NCBI GenBank assembly: GCA_044221725.1
Contig: JBGAON010000004.1
Span: forward strand, 64,001 to 128,000
Reading direction: 5' to 3'
Length of the DNA stretch: 64,000 nucleotides
Source: Elusimicrobiota bacterium
Lineage (GTDB): Bacteria; Elusimicrobiota; Elusimicrobia; F11
Under the pieces are notes generated by a model. The model saw only the letters and a program-made list of their open reading frames with translations, did not search any database and had not been told where the DNA came from. Within the stretch, counting starts at the first letter, position 1. Each line of letters starts with the position of its first letter. The position numbers and the translations under genes are program-made. Shown here one piece after another: positions 8,101 to 15,458 of this stretch.

Positions 8101-10911
8101 AGTCATCCACGCGGAATAGTTGCTGGAAGGCGCTATGCCAAAACAAACACGCCGATACGGCCACTCGGGTAGCTCGTCGCTCAAGAAGATTTTCGGCACG
8201 GCCTGCTGCAAAAGATCTCGCATTCTGCGTTCGCCGATATAAAGGCGCACGAGCGCCGATAGTCCGAGCGCAGGGTCGTTCGGGCGCACGAGCGCAGCAT
8301 GCCAGGCAATCTTTCGTGCCGATGAAACAGCGGCGGCATCCAGCTCGAGAAGGAATATTGACGCGTATTCGTTGCTCAGCCGACCCGGTTCGGCGCCCGG
8401 TCGATAAACGCGGACCCATCCAACCTTGTTCACTTCTTCAATTCTTTTAAACGTTTGTTCGGATACGCCCAATGCGCTCGTCGCCACGCGCACGGCGGCC
8501 GCGCGCTTGTTTTCTTTATCGATCGCGCGCATCGGCCCCTCAATGCCGGTCGTAACAAATTGGATTTCTCCATCGGCATCGCGCACGAACGGTAGCACGT
8601 GCACGGCTCTGTAAAACTGTCCCGCGCGCGCAACGCTATCCTGATCCAGCAGGCCTATGCGTTGTTGCGTTTTGGAATCGTACACCGGAATCAAATCTTT
8701 TTCGGTTTCGGAAAACACCAGCGGTTCTTGCGGAGGTTCGGCTATTTCCATGCGTGCGCCGAGATCTTTGTACAACAGCCACGGCTTGCCAGTGTGTTGT
8801 CGGTATTTAACGGCCAATATAGCGAGAACGAAATTAATAAGAGCCAACGGCAATACGCTCGTCACGACGACAAGATACGTTGACGCCTCAAGCCGCGCGA
8901 ACAAAACACCGAGCAAGGCGGAGAGGGATACGGCGTTCGCGGCAAACCAACTTGTTGCGAAACGCCGGTAATGTTCATGCCAGTAAGGATGATTCGGCGG
9001 AAGAATCGAAAGAATTTCCCAGTCGCCGCCCATGTCTTGTTTCAAAACACCGAACAAATGAACAACGAGATTGCCGGCAACCCAAATCCAAATTCCAAGG
9101 TCGGCATTCCACGCGAAAAGCGCGCCGGCAACCGCTCCTTCAAGCGCACCAAACAGCGTGAGGATCCAAGGGCTCGGCGTTTGGGATACGAGCCCTAGCT
9201 TTTGGAACGGAATCAGAAACGCGGCCCACGTGCCCGGCGACAGCGCCACACTGTTATCAATTCGCACATCATCGATGCGCTGTTCATTCACCGATGCAGC
9301 GAGCGTAGTACCGCGGTACGAAACGTGAGCGACACCGTTTTCCAAATAAGATTCTGGTTGGTCATTCCCGGAGCCGACCCACGCGCCGAGACCACGCCTC
9401 GTCAAAGGCCGCCCTTGGACGGTATCCCATAACCAAAACAAATAGGCCATCAGCTGGCCGTAGGATGGTCTCCACACGATCGGCGTGACAAAAAGTCGGT
9501 CGGCGTCAAACAATCGGTCAAGCGGAGATTTGCGATTCGCGAACGTGTTTAAATATCCCGCTGGGTCGAGTGCACGATTTGTTTTTGTGAAATGCGGTCG
9601 GATTCGAACAACGGAACAACCGGCCGACGTGAGCGCGTTGGCAACCTGACGTGCGTGAAATCCACCCACGACAAGCGCCGCGTTCGTAGCCTCCGACGTG
9701 CGGAGCGCTGCGCGGAAACGTTCGATGAACGCATGATCGCGGGCTTCGGCGGCGCTGTAAAAATTCTCGAACGGCGTCGGATCCAATTCAGCGGGCAAAT
9801 TATTCCGTCGGAAAGGCGCTTCTTGTTTGTAGCGCTCCCATTCGCTGCGCGTGAGCATAAACGCGTAGAGTTTGTTAAGCAGATCCAAATAAAAATAACG
9901 GCTTAAAGCTTCGCGCTCGAATTGCGTGGCCGGAAGAACCCCCACCAGATTTTTCTGCACAGCAAGTGCCTCGTCGCTCAACTGTTCCACGTCAACACTC
10001 TCGCTCCATTCAAGATAAGCCAAGTAGCGCGATAGTTGCTTCCGTTCCGGAGCGGTCAATGCATTCTTAAGCACAAGCCGAACGATCGGTTGGGGCCCGA
10101 CGCGTTGCGCGCGCAAATCGGCAAGCGCGTGCACGAGAAGTGCGCGTTCGGCTCCGTTCGCTCGCCACACGGCGCGTTCGAGTGCGTGCGCGAGCGTCGC
10201 CTGTATGCCGGAAAAATCCAATTGCGATTCCGCGTTGGCCGCTGCGAGCGCCCGCAATGCGTTCGGTGAGAGTTGCGTCCATTTTTGCAGCTGGCCGAGG
10301 AAATCAAAAAAGCCGATACGACCATTTTCAAAATCCGCCTTTCGTTCCAGGTAAATGCGGAGGCGTTTGTTGCCGGTGGTCCGAAGCGTTTCGGCAATTC
10401 CTTCGCGCAGAGCGTTCGAGCGACGCCGAAGATTTGACTGCCGCGGTCGCGCAGCCAAGTACGAATTCACGTTTGCGTTGTACAGAAATTTATCGTCGAC
10501 ACCGACGACATTGGGAACCGTTCCTCGAGCGAGAAGCGCGGCTTTAACGGCACCGGAAATCCTCTTTGTACGGAACAAATAATCGGCGGCTGCTTGAACG
10601 GCATCATTGCGGGGATACCGACGAGCCGGAGAGATTTGTATATCACCGAACGCACCTTCAAGACCGAGAAGCTCGACCGATTTTTTTTCGAGCAGCGATC
10701 GAACGGTCCGTTCAATATCGGCTTGGGCTTCGGCGTGCATGTGAATATCTTCAATAATGAAAACGGTTTGGTTCGAAGCAAAACGAGGGGCGGGAAGCGA
10801 CTGCGACGCTGCCAAATCCGCGGTCATGGCCGAGACGCAAACGACGACCGTCATCAACACGCGGATTGGCGCCAAACAAAAACAACGAACGTTGGAAAGA
10901 AGAGAGCTCAC
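5137..10911 (-). CDS. Large (1924 aa) multi-domain membrane protein with exported N-terminal domain and degenerate enzyme-like modules
   Basis: Long uninterrupted ORF; signal-like N-terminus; IIEDIH..AQ..GLEGA and LVVGGFH motifs; three hydrophobic clusters; IDI/Nudix-like, HIGH-nucleotidyltransferase-like and NAGPA-like segments. Confidence 0.75.
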   Translation of the reverse strand: MSSLLSNVRCFCLAPIRVLMTVVVCVSAMTADLAASQSLPAPRFASNQTVFIIEDIHMHAEAQADIERTVRSLLEKKSVELLGLEGAFGDIQISPARRYPRNDAVQAAADYLFRTKRISGAVKAALLARGTVPNVVGVDDKFLYNANVNSYLAARPRQSNLRRRSNALREGIAETLRTTGNKRLRIYLERKADFENGRIGFFDFLGQLQKWTQLSPNALRALAAANAESQLDFSGIQATLAHALERAVWRANGAERALLVHALADLRAQRVGPQPIVRLVLKNALTAPERKQLSRYLAYLEWSESVDVEQLSDEALAVQKNLVGVLPATQFEREALSRYFYLDLLNKLYAFMLTRSEWERYKQEAPFRRNNLPAELDPTPFENFYSAAEARDHAFIERFRAALRTSEATNAALVVGGFHARQVANALTSAGCSVVRIRPHFTKTNRALDPAGYLNTFANRKSPLDRLFDADRLFVTPIVWRPSYGQLMAYLFWLWDTVQGRPLTRRGLGAWVGSGNDQPESYLENGVAHVSYRGTTLAASVNEQRIDDVRIDNSVALSPGTWAAFLIPFQKLGLVSQTPSPWILTLFGALEGAVAGALFAWNADLGIWIWVAGNLVVHLFGVLKQDMGGDWEILSILPPNHPYWHEHYRRFATSWFAANAVSLSALLGVLFARLEASTYLVVVTSVLPLALINFVLAILAVKYRQHTGKPWLLYKDLGARMEIAEPPQEPLVFSETEKDLIPVYDSKTQQRIGLLDQDSVARAGQFYRAVHVLPFVRDADGEIQFVTTGIEGPMRAIDKENKRAAAVRVATSALGVSEQTFKRIEEVNKVGWVRVYRPGAEPGRLSNEYASIFLLELDAAAVSSARKIAWHAALVRPNDPALGLSALVRLYIGERRMRDLLQQAVPKIFLSDELPEWPYRRVCFGIAPSSNYSAWMTGNGLTFIHIGGRDNTIDFNIGDDVSSTSNDAAQYSPVYDVIDPVVGQSDTPIIRYLKRDGSEFFWDGRRADDRHIVRPDQKSLDLLSEIYQRFYRELRKLLRFRAENVSDVRELQHIIFKFNHSYKALWARVQFGDVVLSDGPADIPTVAVVLPERFDPPGFHHVGLLLDTLEKVTEQRVGVRTRYQLFFAPDPQETSNVPFDKRVWMTREIARAVHPLIQTLSEPVPTLTSVNHVFVIDSSNANDKHHLAQIDQLLGDYGVSRNIVRFVPGQGRTSSVERPRELVVTDRATFTDDASATRRPLLVTLALQKYFYRHGLYGVELPYISLAPDPQRQSLQSLYEQMPPPIFLSFLWTGFYKVSPVVALRWPGPLVENIALAILVDAFGPTNRLLWAAIVALSVLRLARVHVFDTTEHNWVSKRAGQVSLTAWSISLAASLVASSTVVLAMLANPTDRFGIEVGAAAGFIVQRFFNEVFASWPRVAVWINHKISLADQISFESVHAVGADLDVRGLLFTAKPGSIQLWQGWDDAVRHANALDLFSDPAIPKGKDVVGWVETFARWSAAESARHSPEELRSLPVSIDADATTRAFFGLNLSQGHAWEPNWLVIWDGALVVREQGLGINQKTPRKPYGIHWVMVFDPDKTGIYPLFLDDHGYPMDQNDRPKLTALDGSALDWIGEHDGKLYLFAANGERRNANPIQSGFSGVPILDDGMPTLQLSSNPNVSRSDREAREPRFGKKPAEQGLDLGWADEKNRLAMTVFGLDAQGQIKILQVWGKQTGPKEPSLAQMTEIAREAGLKSAILGGTSGDVQHWIRVGLFSAFGLKIPAWLASEEPSISNSTLGRQGSMFQKSTAHPESGSRQLGHGGVIVLTPGAWTAISRARQQQRTRRPPAQRLFPLFGLAGLLLFMTESMPAELRLLGTALALVGLDIEFRLSSRMLRLGINQLLGSRPKKQKMPARGPNSGSPLPRWNENFRSVHTMLAAA

Positions 10912-10917
10912 ATAAGA

Positions 10918-10923
10918 ATTATA
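10918..10923 (-). promoter_or_regulatory. -10 element directly ahead of the large gene (leaderless-type)
   Basis: TATAAT-6 nt-GTG(10911), no Shine-Dalgarno. Confidence 0.5.
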
Positions 10924-11001
10924 GGAGCAACCCTCTTAATGCCGCATGAAGGAATAGTAAATGTGTTGTAACAAGTGGGCTTTAAGGAAGCCCGAAAATC
11001 C

Positions 11002-11730
11002 TCATTTTTTGCGCAGCGGGTATGCCACTATGATCGCGTTTGCGATTTCCACCATGGGCTTGCGTTGATCACGGCTTGTTTTTTGCAGCAATTGGTGCGC
11101 TTCGGGTTCGCTCAGGCCGTCCTTTTCCATAATAAGGGACTTCGCTTGCTCGATGCGCTTGCGTTCCTCGAGCGCTTGCTTCACTTCAAGGTTTTCCTGG
11201 CGCAGTTTCGTGTGCTCAATGGCGACGGCCGCCTGATTTGCTACGGCCTGAAGGATTTTTACCTCAAGGTCGGTGAATTCATGAGGCTTGTTTGTGTAGC
11301 TGTTGATAACACCAATCACGCGACCGTCGATTTGCATGGGCACGGACAGCATCGAGACGTACCCTTCTTTCTTTGCGATTTCGGGAAAGCCGTAGGTTGA
11401 ATCTTTTGTGACATCCACCACCATTACCGGCTTCTTCTGTTGCACGGCGCGGCCGGAGACGCTGTCGCCCACTTTAACCGGAGGTTTGCTCACGTATTCG
11501 GAGCTTAACGCCTGTGTCGCCGCAATTTTCAAAACATTCTTCTCAGGATCCAGCAACATGAGCGAGCAAATCTTTGATTTCATGACCTCAGCGGTCATCG
11601 TCACAATCAGTTGCAAGATCTCCTGCAGATAGGTTTTCGACACCAAGCTTTGGCTGATGTGCCAAAAGAGCTCAATTTCTTTCTGATTTCCCATGTCCGT
11701 GTAAGGAATGCCCAACTCTTCAAGATTCAT
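11002..11730 (-). CDS. GAF and ANTAR domain RNA-binding regulator
   Basis: GAF (SMLSVPM...VIGVIN...HEFTD.E..IL.AVANQAAVAI) then ANTAR (LEERKRIEQAKSLIM...SEPEAH..LQKTS...KPMVEIA). GGGAGG RBS at 11735-11740 supports ATG 11730. Confidence 0.92.
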   Translation of the reverse strand: MNLEELGIPYTDMGNQKEIELFWHISQSLVSKTYLQEILQLIVTMTAEVMKSKICSLMLLDPEKNVLKIAATQALSSEYVSKPPVKVGDSVSGRAVQQKKPVMVVDVTKDSTYGFPEIAKKEGYVSMLSVPMQIDGRVIGVINSYTNKPHEFTDLEVKILQAVANQAAVAIEHTKLRQENLEVKQALEERKRIEQAKSLIMEKDGLSEPEAHQLLQKTSRDQRKPMVEIANAIIVAYPLRKK

Positions 11731-11742
11731 AAAACCTCCCAT

Positions 11743-11786
11743 AAAATAAAAAAGACGTCCCCCGGCAACTGCGCCAGAGGACGTCT
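11743..11786 (-). terminator. Intrinsic terminator (attenuator) in the leader of the GAF-ANTAR gene
   Basis: Minus strand AGACGTCCTCTGGC-GCAGTT-GCCGGGGGACGTCT followed by TTTTTATTTT, directly before the RBS. Confidence 0.85.
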
Positions 11787-11819
11787 ATGTCCTAAAAATT
11801 TTTCTTCGTCGATGTGAAG
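11778..11819 (-). promoter_or_regulatory. ANTAR-type dual hairpin RNA target
   Basis: P2 AGGAC-ATAGAC-GTCCT overlaps the terminator 5' arm; P1 CTTCAC-ATCGAC-GAAG; both hexamers have A1 and G4; 10-nt linker. Confidence 0.75.
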
Positions 11820-11826
11820 CGCCGCC

Positions 11827-11854
11827 ACTATAGCAAACCCGTCGGAAACGTCAA
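11827..11854 (-). promoter_or_regulatory. Sigma70-type promoter of the GAF-ANTAR gene
   Basis: TTGACG-16 nt-TATAGT with extended -10 TGn. Confidence 0.7.
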
Positions 11855-12016
11855 TACTGTTCCCACGTACGCGATGTCCATTCCGTTTATGTAAGCCGTT
11901 GACAGCGCGTTGCGCGTTGTCGAGATTTCGGCCCGATTGCGCCAGGAAATCGAAGCCTTGCTGGCGGTTTTAACGAAAGCATGAAGCGCTGACTTTTTTG
12001 CTACACTCCGCGCCTT

Positions 12017-12151
12017 ATGAAACCTTCGTATAACCCCAACGTTCGTCGTCGCAAAAAGAAAATTGGATTTCGGGCCCGCATGAAAACCGCGGGCGGCCGC
12101 GCCACGCTGAGCCGTCGCCGGTTCAAGAAAAGAAAACGGATCTCCGCTTAA
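12017..12151 (+). CDS. rpmH: 50S ribosomal protein L34
   Basis: Manual translation MKPSYNPNVRRRKKKIGFRARMKTAGGRATLSRRRFKKRKRISA (44 aa); below ORF-track cutoff. Confidence 0.96.
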   Translation: MKPSYNPNVRRRKKKIGFRARMKTAGGRATLSRRRFKKRKRISA

Positions 12152-12153
12152 GC

Positions 12154-12234
12154 GGTCACCCTGGAAATTTTTAATCCAGGGCCCATTTACCTGTCGGTAA
12201 AGTGGATCCTGGCTAAAAGATTGCCAGGATGACG
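12154..12234. repeat. CGTC-tagged REP-like palindrome dimer, copy 3
   Basis: ggtcaccctggaaatttttaatccagggccca..tggatcctggctaaaagattgccaggatgacg. Confidence 0.85.
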
Positions 12235-12244
12235 AATCAGCCAC

Positions 12245-12475
12245 ATGGCCTCCTTTCTCTTAAAAATTCTTTCTTTCTATCAGAAAGCCATTTCTCCCTA
12301 CCTTGGCGCACGGTGTCGTTATGTACCATCGTGTTCCGAATTCACAAAACTGGCAGTTAATGAATGGGGGGCCTGGAAAGGAATGCGAATGGGGGTTGCA
12401 CGAATTCTTCGTTGCGCGCCGTGGGGCTCGAGCGGCCTTGACGTTCCACAGATGAAATATGAAAAACAATCTTAA
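12245..12475 (+). CDS. yidD: Membrane protein insertion efficiency factor YidD
   Basis: YQKAISP...CRYVPSCSE...RILRCAPW. Confidence 0.93.
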   Translation: MASFLLKILSFYQKAISPYLGARCRYVPSCSEFTKLAVNEWGAWKGMRMGVARILRCAPWGSSGLDVPQMKYEKQS

Positions 12476-14045
12476 TCTTCTACTCGCTGCCATCTTCATG
12501 ATGGGTTTCCTGATGTTTTGGGACAAAGTCGTGATGAGCCGTTACGGTGCACCGTCATCAAAACCCGTCGCCGGTTCGAAAGCCACCGCGTTGTCAGAGC
12601 CCGGCAAATTATCTCCGGCGGAATTGAAACCGCTTGTCGCTGGAAAAAATCCCGAACAAGAAACGCTGACGGTTCTTGAATCCGCCGACACGAAAATATC
12701 TGTTTTGAGCAAAGGGGCGCGCATCGCCAGCTGGCAAGTGAAAGAGCGGGACCACTGGATCGAACTCGTTGTGCCGGAACAGAAGCGCGTCGTATCGCCG
12801 CTCGAAACGTACGGCGATATTAATTTCGCTGCCAATAAAATGTCGGATCAAGCGGCAAGCTTTTCGGCTGTGCTTCCGAGCGGCGTTCAATTCACCAAGC
12901 AACTTGAACTTTTGGGCGAACCGCCGTTTCATCGCGTAACACTTACCGCGAAGAACCCGACGCAAACCGATGTTACGCTCAACACCGCTCTTCCGCTCGG
13001 CAATGGTGTCGACAAGCACGTTGTCGGCCGCGTTTACGACGTAAAAGATGAAAACGGCGCCATGGCCGAAAACCGCTCGATGGGTTTGGCGGCGCAGGTA
13101 AAATCGTGGCGCCCAGGATTCATTTTTGGACGTACGGTTGATCTTATGGATCCCACACCGTTTAAGTGGGTGGGCGTCGACAACAACCATTTCATGACGG
13201 TGTTGTTGCCGTCGGGCACGAACGACATTCCCGGTGCGAAAGTCGTGGCGGACCGGAAACATCCGCCCATGATCGCGGTTCCGCTGAACACGACGCTAAA
13301 ACCCAATGACGAATGGACACAAAGCTTTCTTTTGTACGGCGGCCCCAAAGATTACGACGATTTGAAGAAGGTCGGCCACAATCTCGATCAAGCGGTGAAC
13401 TTCGGATTTTTCGGAGTCATTTCAAAAATTCTTTTGCGCACGCTGATTTTCTTCGACTCAATCACGCACAATTACGGTTGGGCCATTATTCTTCTCACAT
13501 TTGCGATTCAGTTGCTCGTGTTTCCACTCACAAGGAAAAATCTTCAGCATTCGGTGCGCATGCGCGAGCTTCAGCCGCAGATCAAGAAACTGCAGGAACA
13601 GTTTAAAAGCGACCCGAAGCGGCTGCAGGTTGAGACGTTTAATTTTTACAAACGAAACGGCATGCGTTTCATGGGCATGGAAGGTTGCTTCCCGATGTTG
13701 CTGCAATTGCCGGTGTTTTTCGCGTTCTACTCGACGTTGCGCGTGGCGTACGAATTGCGCGGCGCGCCGTGGATTTTCTGGATTCACGACCTCGGCGCGC
13801 ACGATCCGTATTACGTGCTTCCTATTATTATGGGCGCCGGCATGTTTCTGCAGCAAAAACTCACCGCGGTGGCGGCGGATCCGGCCCAAGCGCGCATGAT
13901 GATGTTCATGCCCATTATGTTCACATTCATGTTTCTAAAATTGCCGGCCGGGCTCGTTCTCTATTGGTGCGTGAACAGTATGACCACCATCATCATCCAG
14001 AAATTTATCGGCCACAAAAACACTCCAGCCCTTTCCGCTACGTAG
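12459..14045 (+). CDS. yidC: Membrane protein insertase YidC
   Basis: NYGWAIILLT, GCFPMLLQLPVFFAFY, WIHDL...DPYYVLP, LPAGLVLYW. Confidence 0.96.
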   Translation: MKNNLNLLLAAIFMMGFLMFWDKVVMSRYGAPSSKPVAGSKATALSEPGKLSPAELKPLVAGKNPEQETLTVLESADTKISVLSKGARIASWQVKERDHWIELVVPEQKRVVSPLETYGDINFAANKMSDQAASFSAVLPSGVQFTKQLELLGEPPFHRVTLTAKNPTQTDVTLNTALPLGNGVDKHVVGRVYDVKDENGAMAENRSMGLAAQVKSWRPGFIFGRTVDLMDPTPFKWVGVDNNHFMTVLLPSGTNDIPGAKVVADRKHPPMIAVPLNTTLKPNDEWTQSFLLYGGPKDYDDLKKVGHNLDQAVNFGFFGVISKILLRTLIFFDSITHNYGWAIILLTFAIQLLVFPLTRKNLQHSVRMRELQPQIKKLQEQFKSDPKRLQVETFNFYKRNGMRFMGMEGCFPMLLQLPVFFAFYSTLRVAYELRGAPWIFWIHDLGAHDPYYVLPIIMGAGMFLQQKLTAVAADPAQARMMMFMPIMFTFMFLKLPAGLVLYWCVNSMTTIIIQKFIGHKNTPALSAT

Positions 14046-14057
14046 GCCGGCTGAAAC

Positions 14058-15458
14058 GTGGAACGGAGCGCACCCACGTCCAACGTTGACACGATTGTCG
14101 CCATCGCAACGCCGCTCGGAGAAGGCGGGTTGGGTGTCGTTAGGCTTTCCGGCCCGCAGACGTTCACGATCGGCGACGCGCTATTTCGTTCCAAGAAAAA
14201 ACTTTCCGAAGCCGCGAATCACACGCTGCATCACGGATGGATCGAAAACATCGATGAGGTTATCGCATCCGTATTCCGTGCACCGCATTCGTACACGGGT
14301 GAAGACGTAGTGGAGTTTTCCTGCCACGGAAGCCCCGTTGTTTTGAAAGACGTGGTTCGGCTTTGCGAAGCCCATGGCGCGCGGCCCGCACGCCCCGGCG
14401 AATTTACCGAGCGAGCGTACCTAAACGGAAAATTGGATTTGCCGCAAGCCGAAGCGGTGGCCACGTTGATACATGCACAGTCCTCGCGCGCCCGCGCCGC
14501 GGCCACGCAACAATTGCAGGGCCAGCTCTCAATGCGCGTAAACGTGTTGCGCGAACAGCTGATCAAGTTGTTGGCGCAAATCGAAGCCAATTTGGATTTT
14601 GCGGAAGAGGGCGTGCCTATCATTGAGACGGACAAAGCGGTCAAAGCGCTGGAGAACGTGCTCGCGGGATTGGAAGACTTGCTCGCCACGAGCATGAAAG
14701 GACGCTTGCTGCGTGAAGGCGTGCGGGTAGCCTTTGCCGGTAAACCAAACGTGGGCAAGTCGTCTCTTTTTAACGCGCTTTTGGCGGAGGACCGTGCAAT
14801 TGTGACCGACGTCCCGGGCACCACGCGCGACACGCTCGAAGAGAAAATGGAATGGAACGGCGTGCCCATCACGCTCGTCGACACGGCCGGACTGCGCGCC
14901 ACGGCGGATTCGGTCGAGTCGCAGGGAACCGCGCGCGCGAAACGCGCGCACGAGCAAGCCGATGTGGTGTTGCTTGTGTTGGACGTCAGTGCGCCGCTCA
15001 CCAACGAAGACCGCGAAATCGCGAATCAATTGAAAGATAAAAAAGTGGTCACCGCGTTCAACAAAGTAGACAAAATTTCTTCGTCGGCAATGGCGTCCGC
15101 CACGCACCTTATCACCGATGCAAATCCCGCCAGCGCAAAATTGGCCGCGATGGTTTCTGCGCAGAGCGGCGAAGGGCTCGCGGAACTCAAGAAGACCATT
15201 GTGAACGCGGTGGCAACGAACGCGACCGCTGAAACCGAATCCTCGGTGATCGTCACAAATCTTCGTCACGTGCATCATCTCGAGAAAACGCGCGGTCATC
15301 TCGTGAGCGCGCGCGACGCCGTGCGAACAAATCAATCAGAAGAATCAATTGCGATTGATTTGCGGGCGGCGCTTGAACAACTGGGCGCAATTACCGGCGA
15401 ATCGGTGACGGAAGACGTGCTGAGTTCGATTTTCCGCCAGTTCTGCATCGGTAAATGA
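14058..15458 (+). CDS. mnmE: tRNA modification GTPase MnmE
   Basis: DTIVAIATP, HSYTGED, GKPNVGKSS, GTTRD, DTAG, NKVD, terminal FCIGK. Confidence 0.97.
   Translation: MERSAPTSNVDTIVAIATPLGEGGLGVVRLSGPQTFTIGDALFRSKKKLSEAANHTLHHGWIENIDEVIASVFRAPHSYTGEDVVEFSCHGSPVVLKDVVRLCEAHGARPARPGEFTERAYLNGKLDLPQAEAVATLIHAQSSRARAAATQQLQGQLSMRVNVLREQLIKLLAQIEANLDFAEEGVPIIETDKAVKALENVLAGLEDLLATSMKGRLLREGVRVAFAGKPNVGKSSLFNALLAEDRAIVTDVPGTTRDTLEEKMEWNGVPITLVDTAGLRATADSVESQGTARAKRAHEQADVVLLVLDVSAPLTNEDREIANQLKDKKVVTAFNKVDKISSSAMASATHLITDANPASAKLAAMVSAQSGEGLAELKKTIVNAVATNATAETESSVIVTNLRHVHHLEKTRGHLVSARDAVRTNQSEESIAIDLRAALEQLGAITGESVTEDVLSSIFRQFCIGK

Noticed and set aside
10977..10993. Second ANTAR site or strong terminator before the large gene
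   Set aside because: Single 6-bp hairpin with a 5-nt loop lacking the A1/G4 pattern and no U-tract
2172..12234. REP copies as CRISPR repeats or ends of one large mobile element
   Set aside because: Dispersed, no regular spacers, no cas or transposase genes, and they flank core genes
11828..12244. 138-aa minus-strand ORF; also a short coding-like plus frame near 11895-11984
   Set aside because: The first is antisense to rpmH and the REP; the second has no supported start or recognisable family
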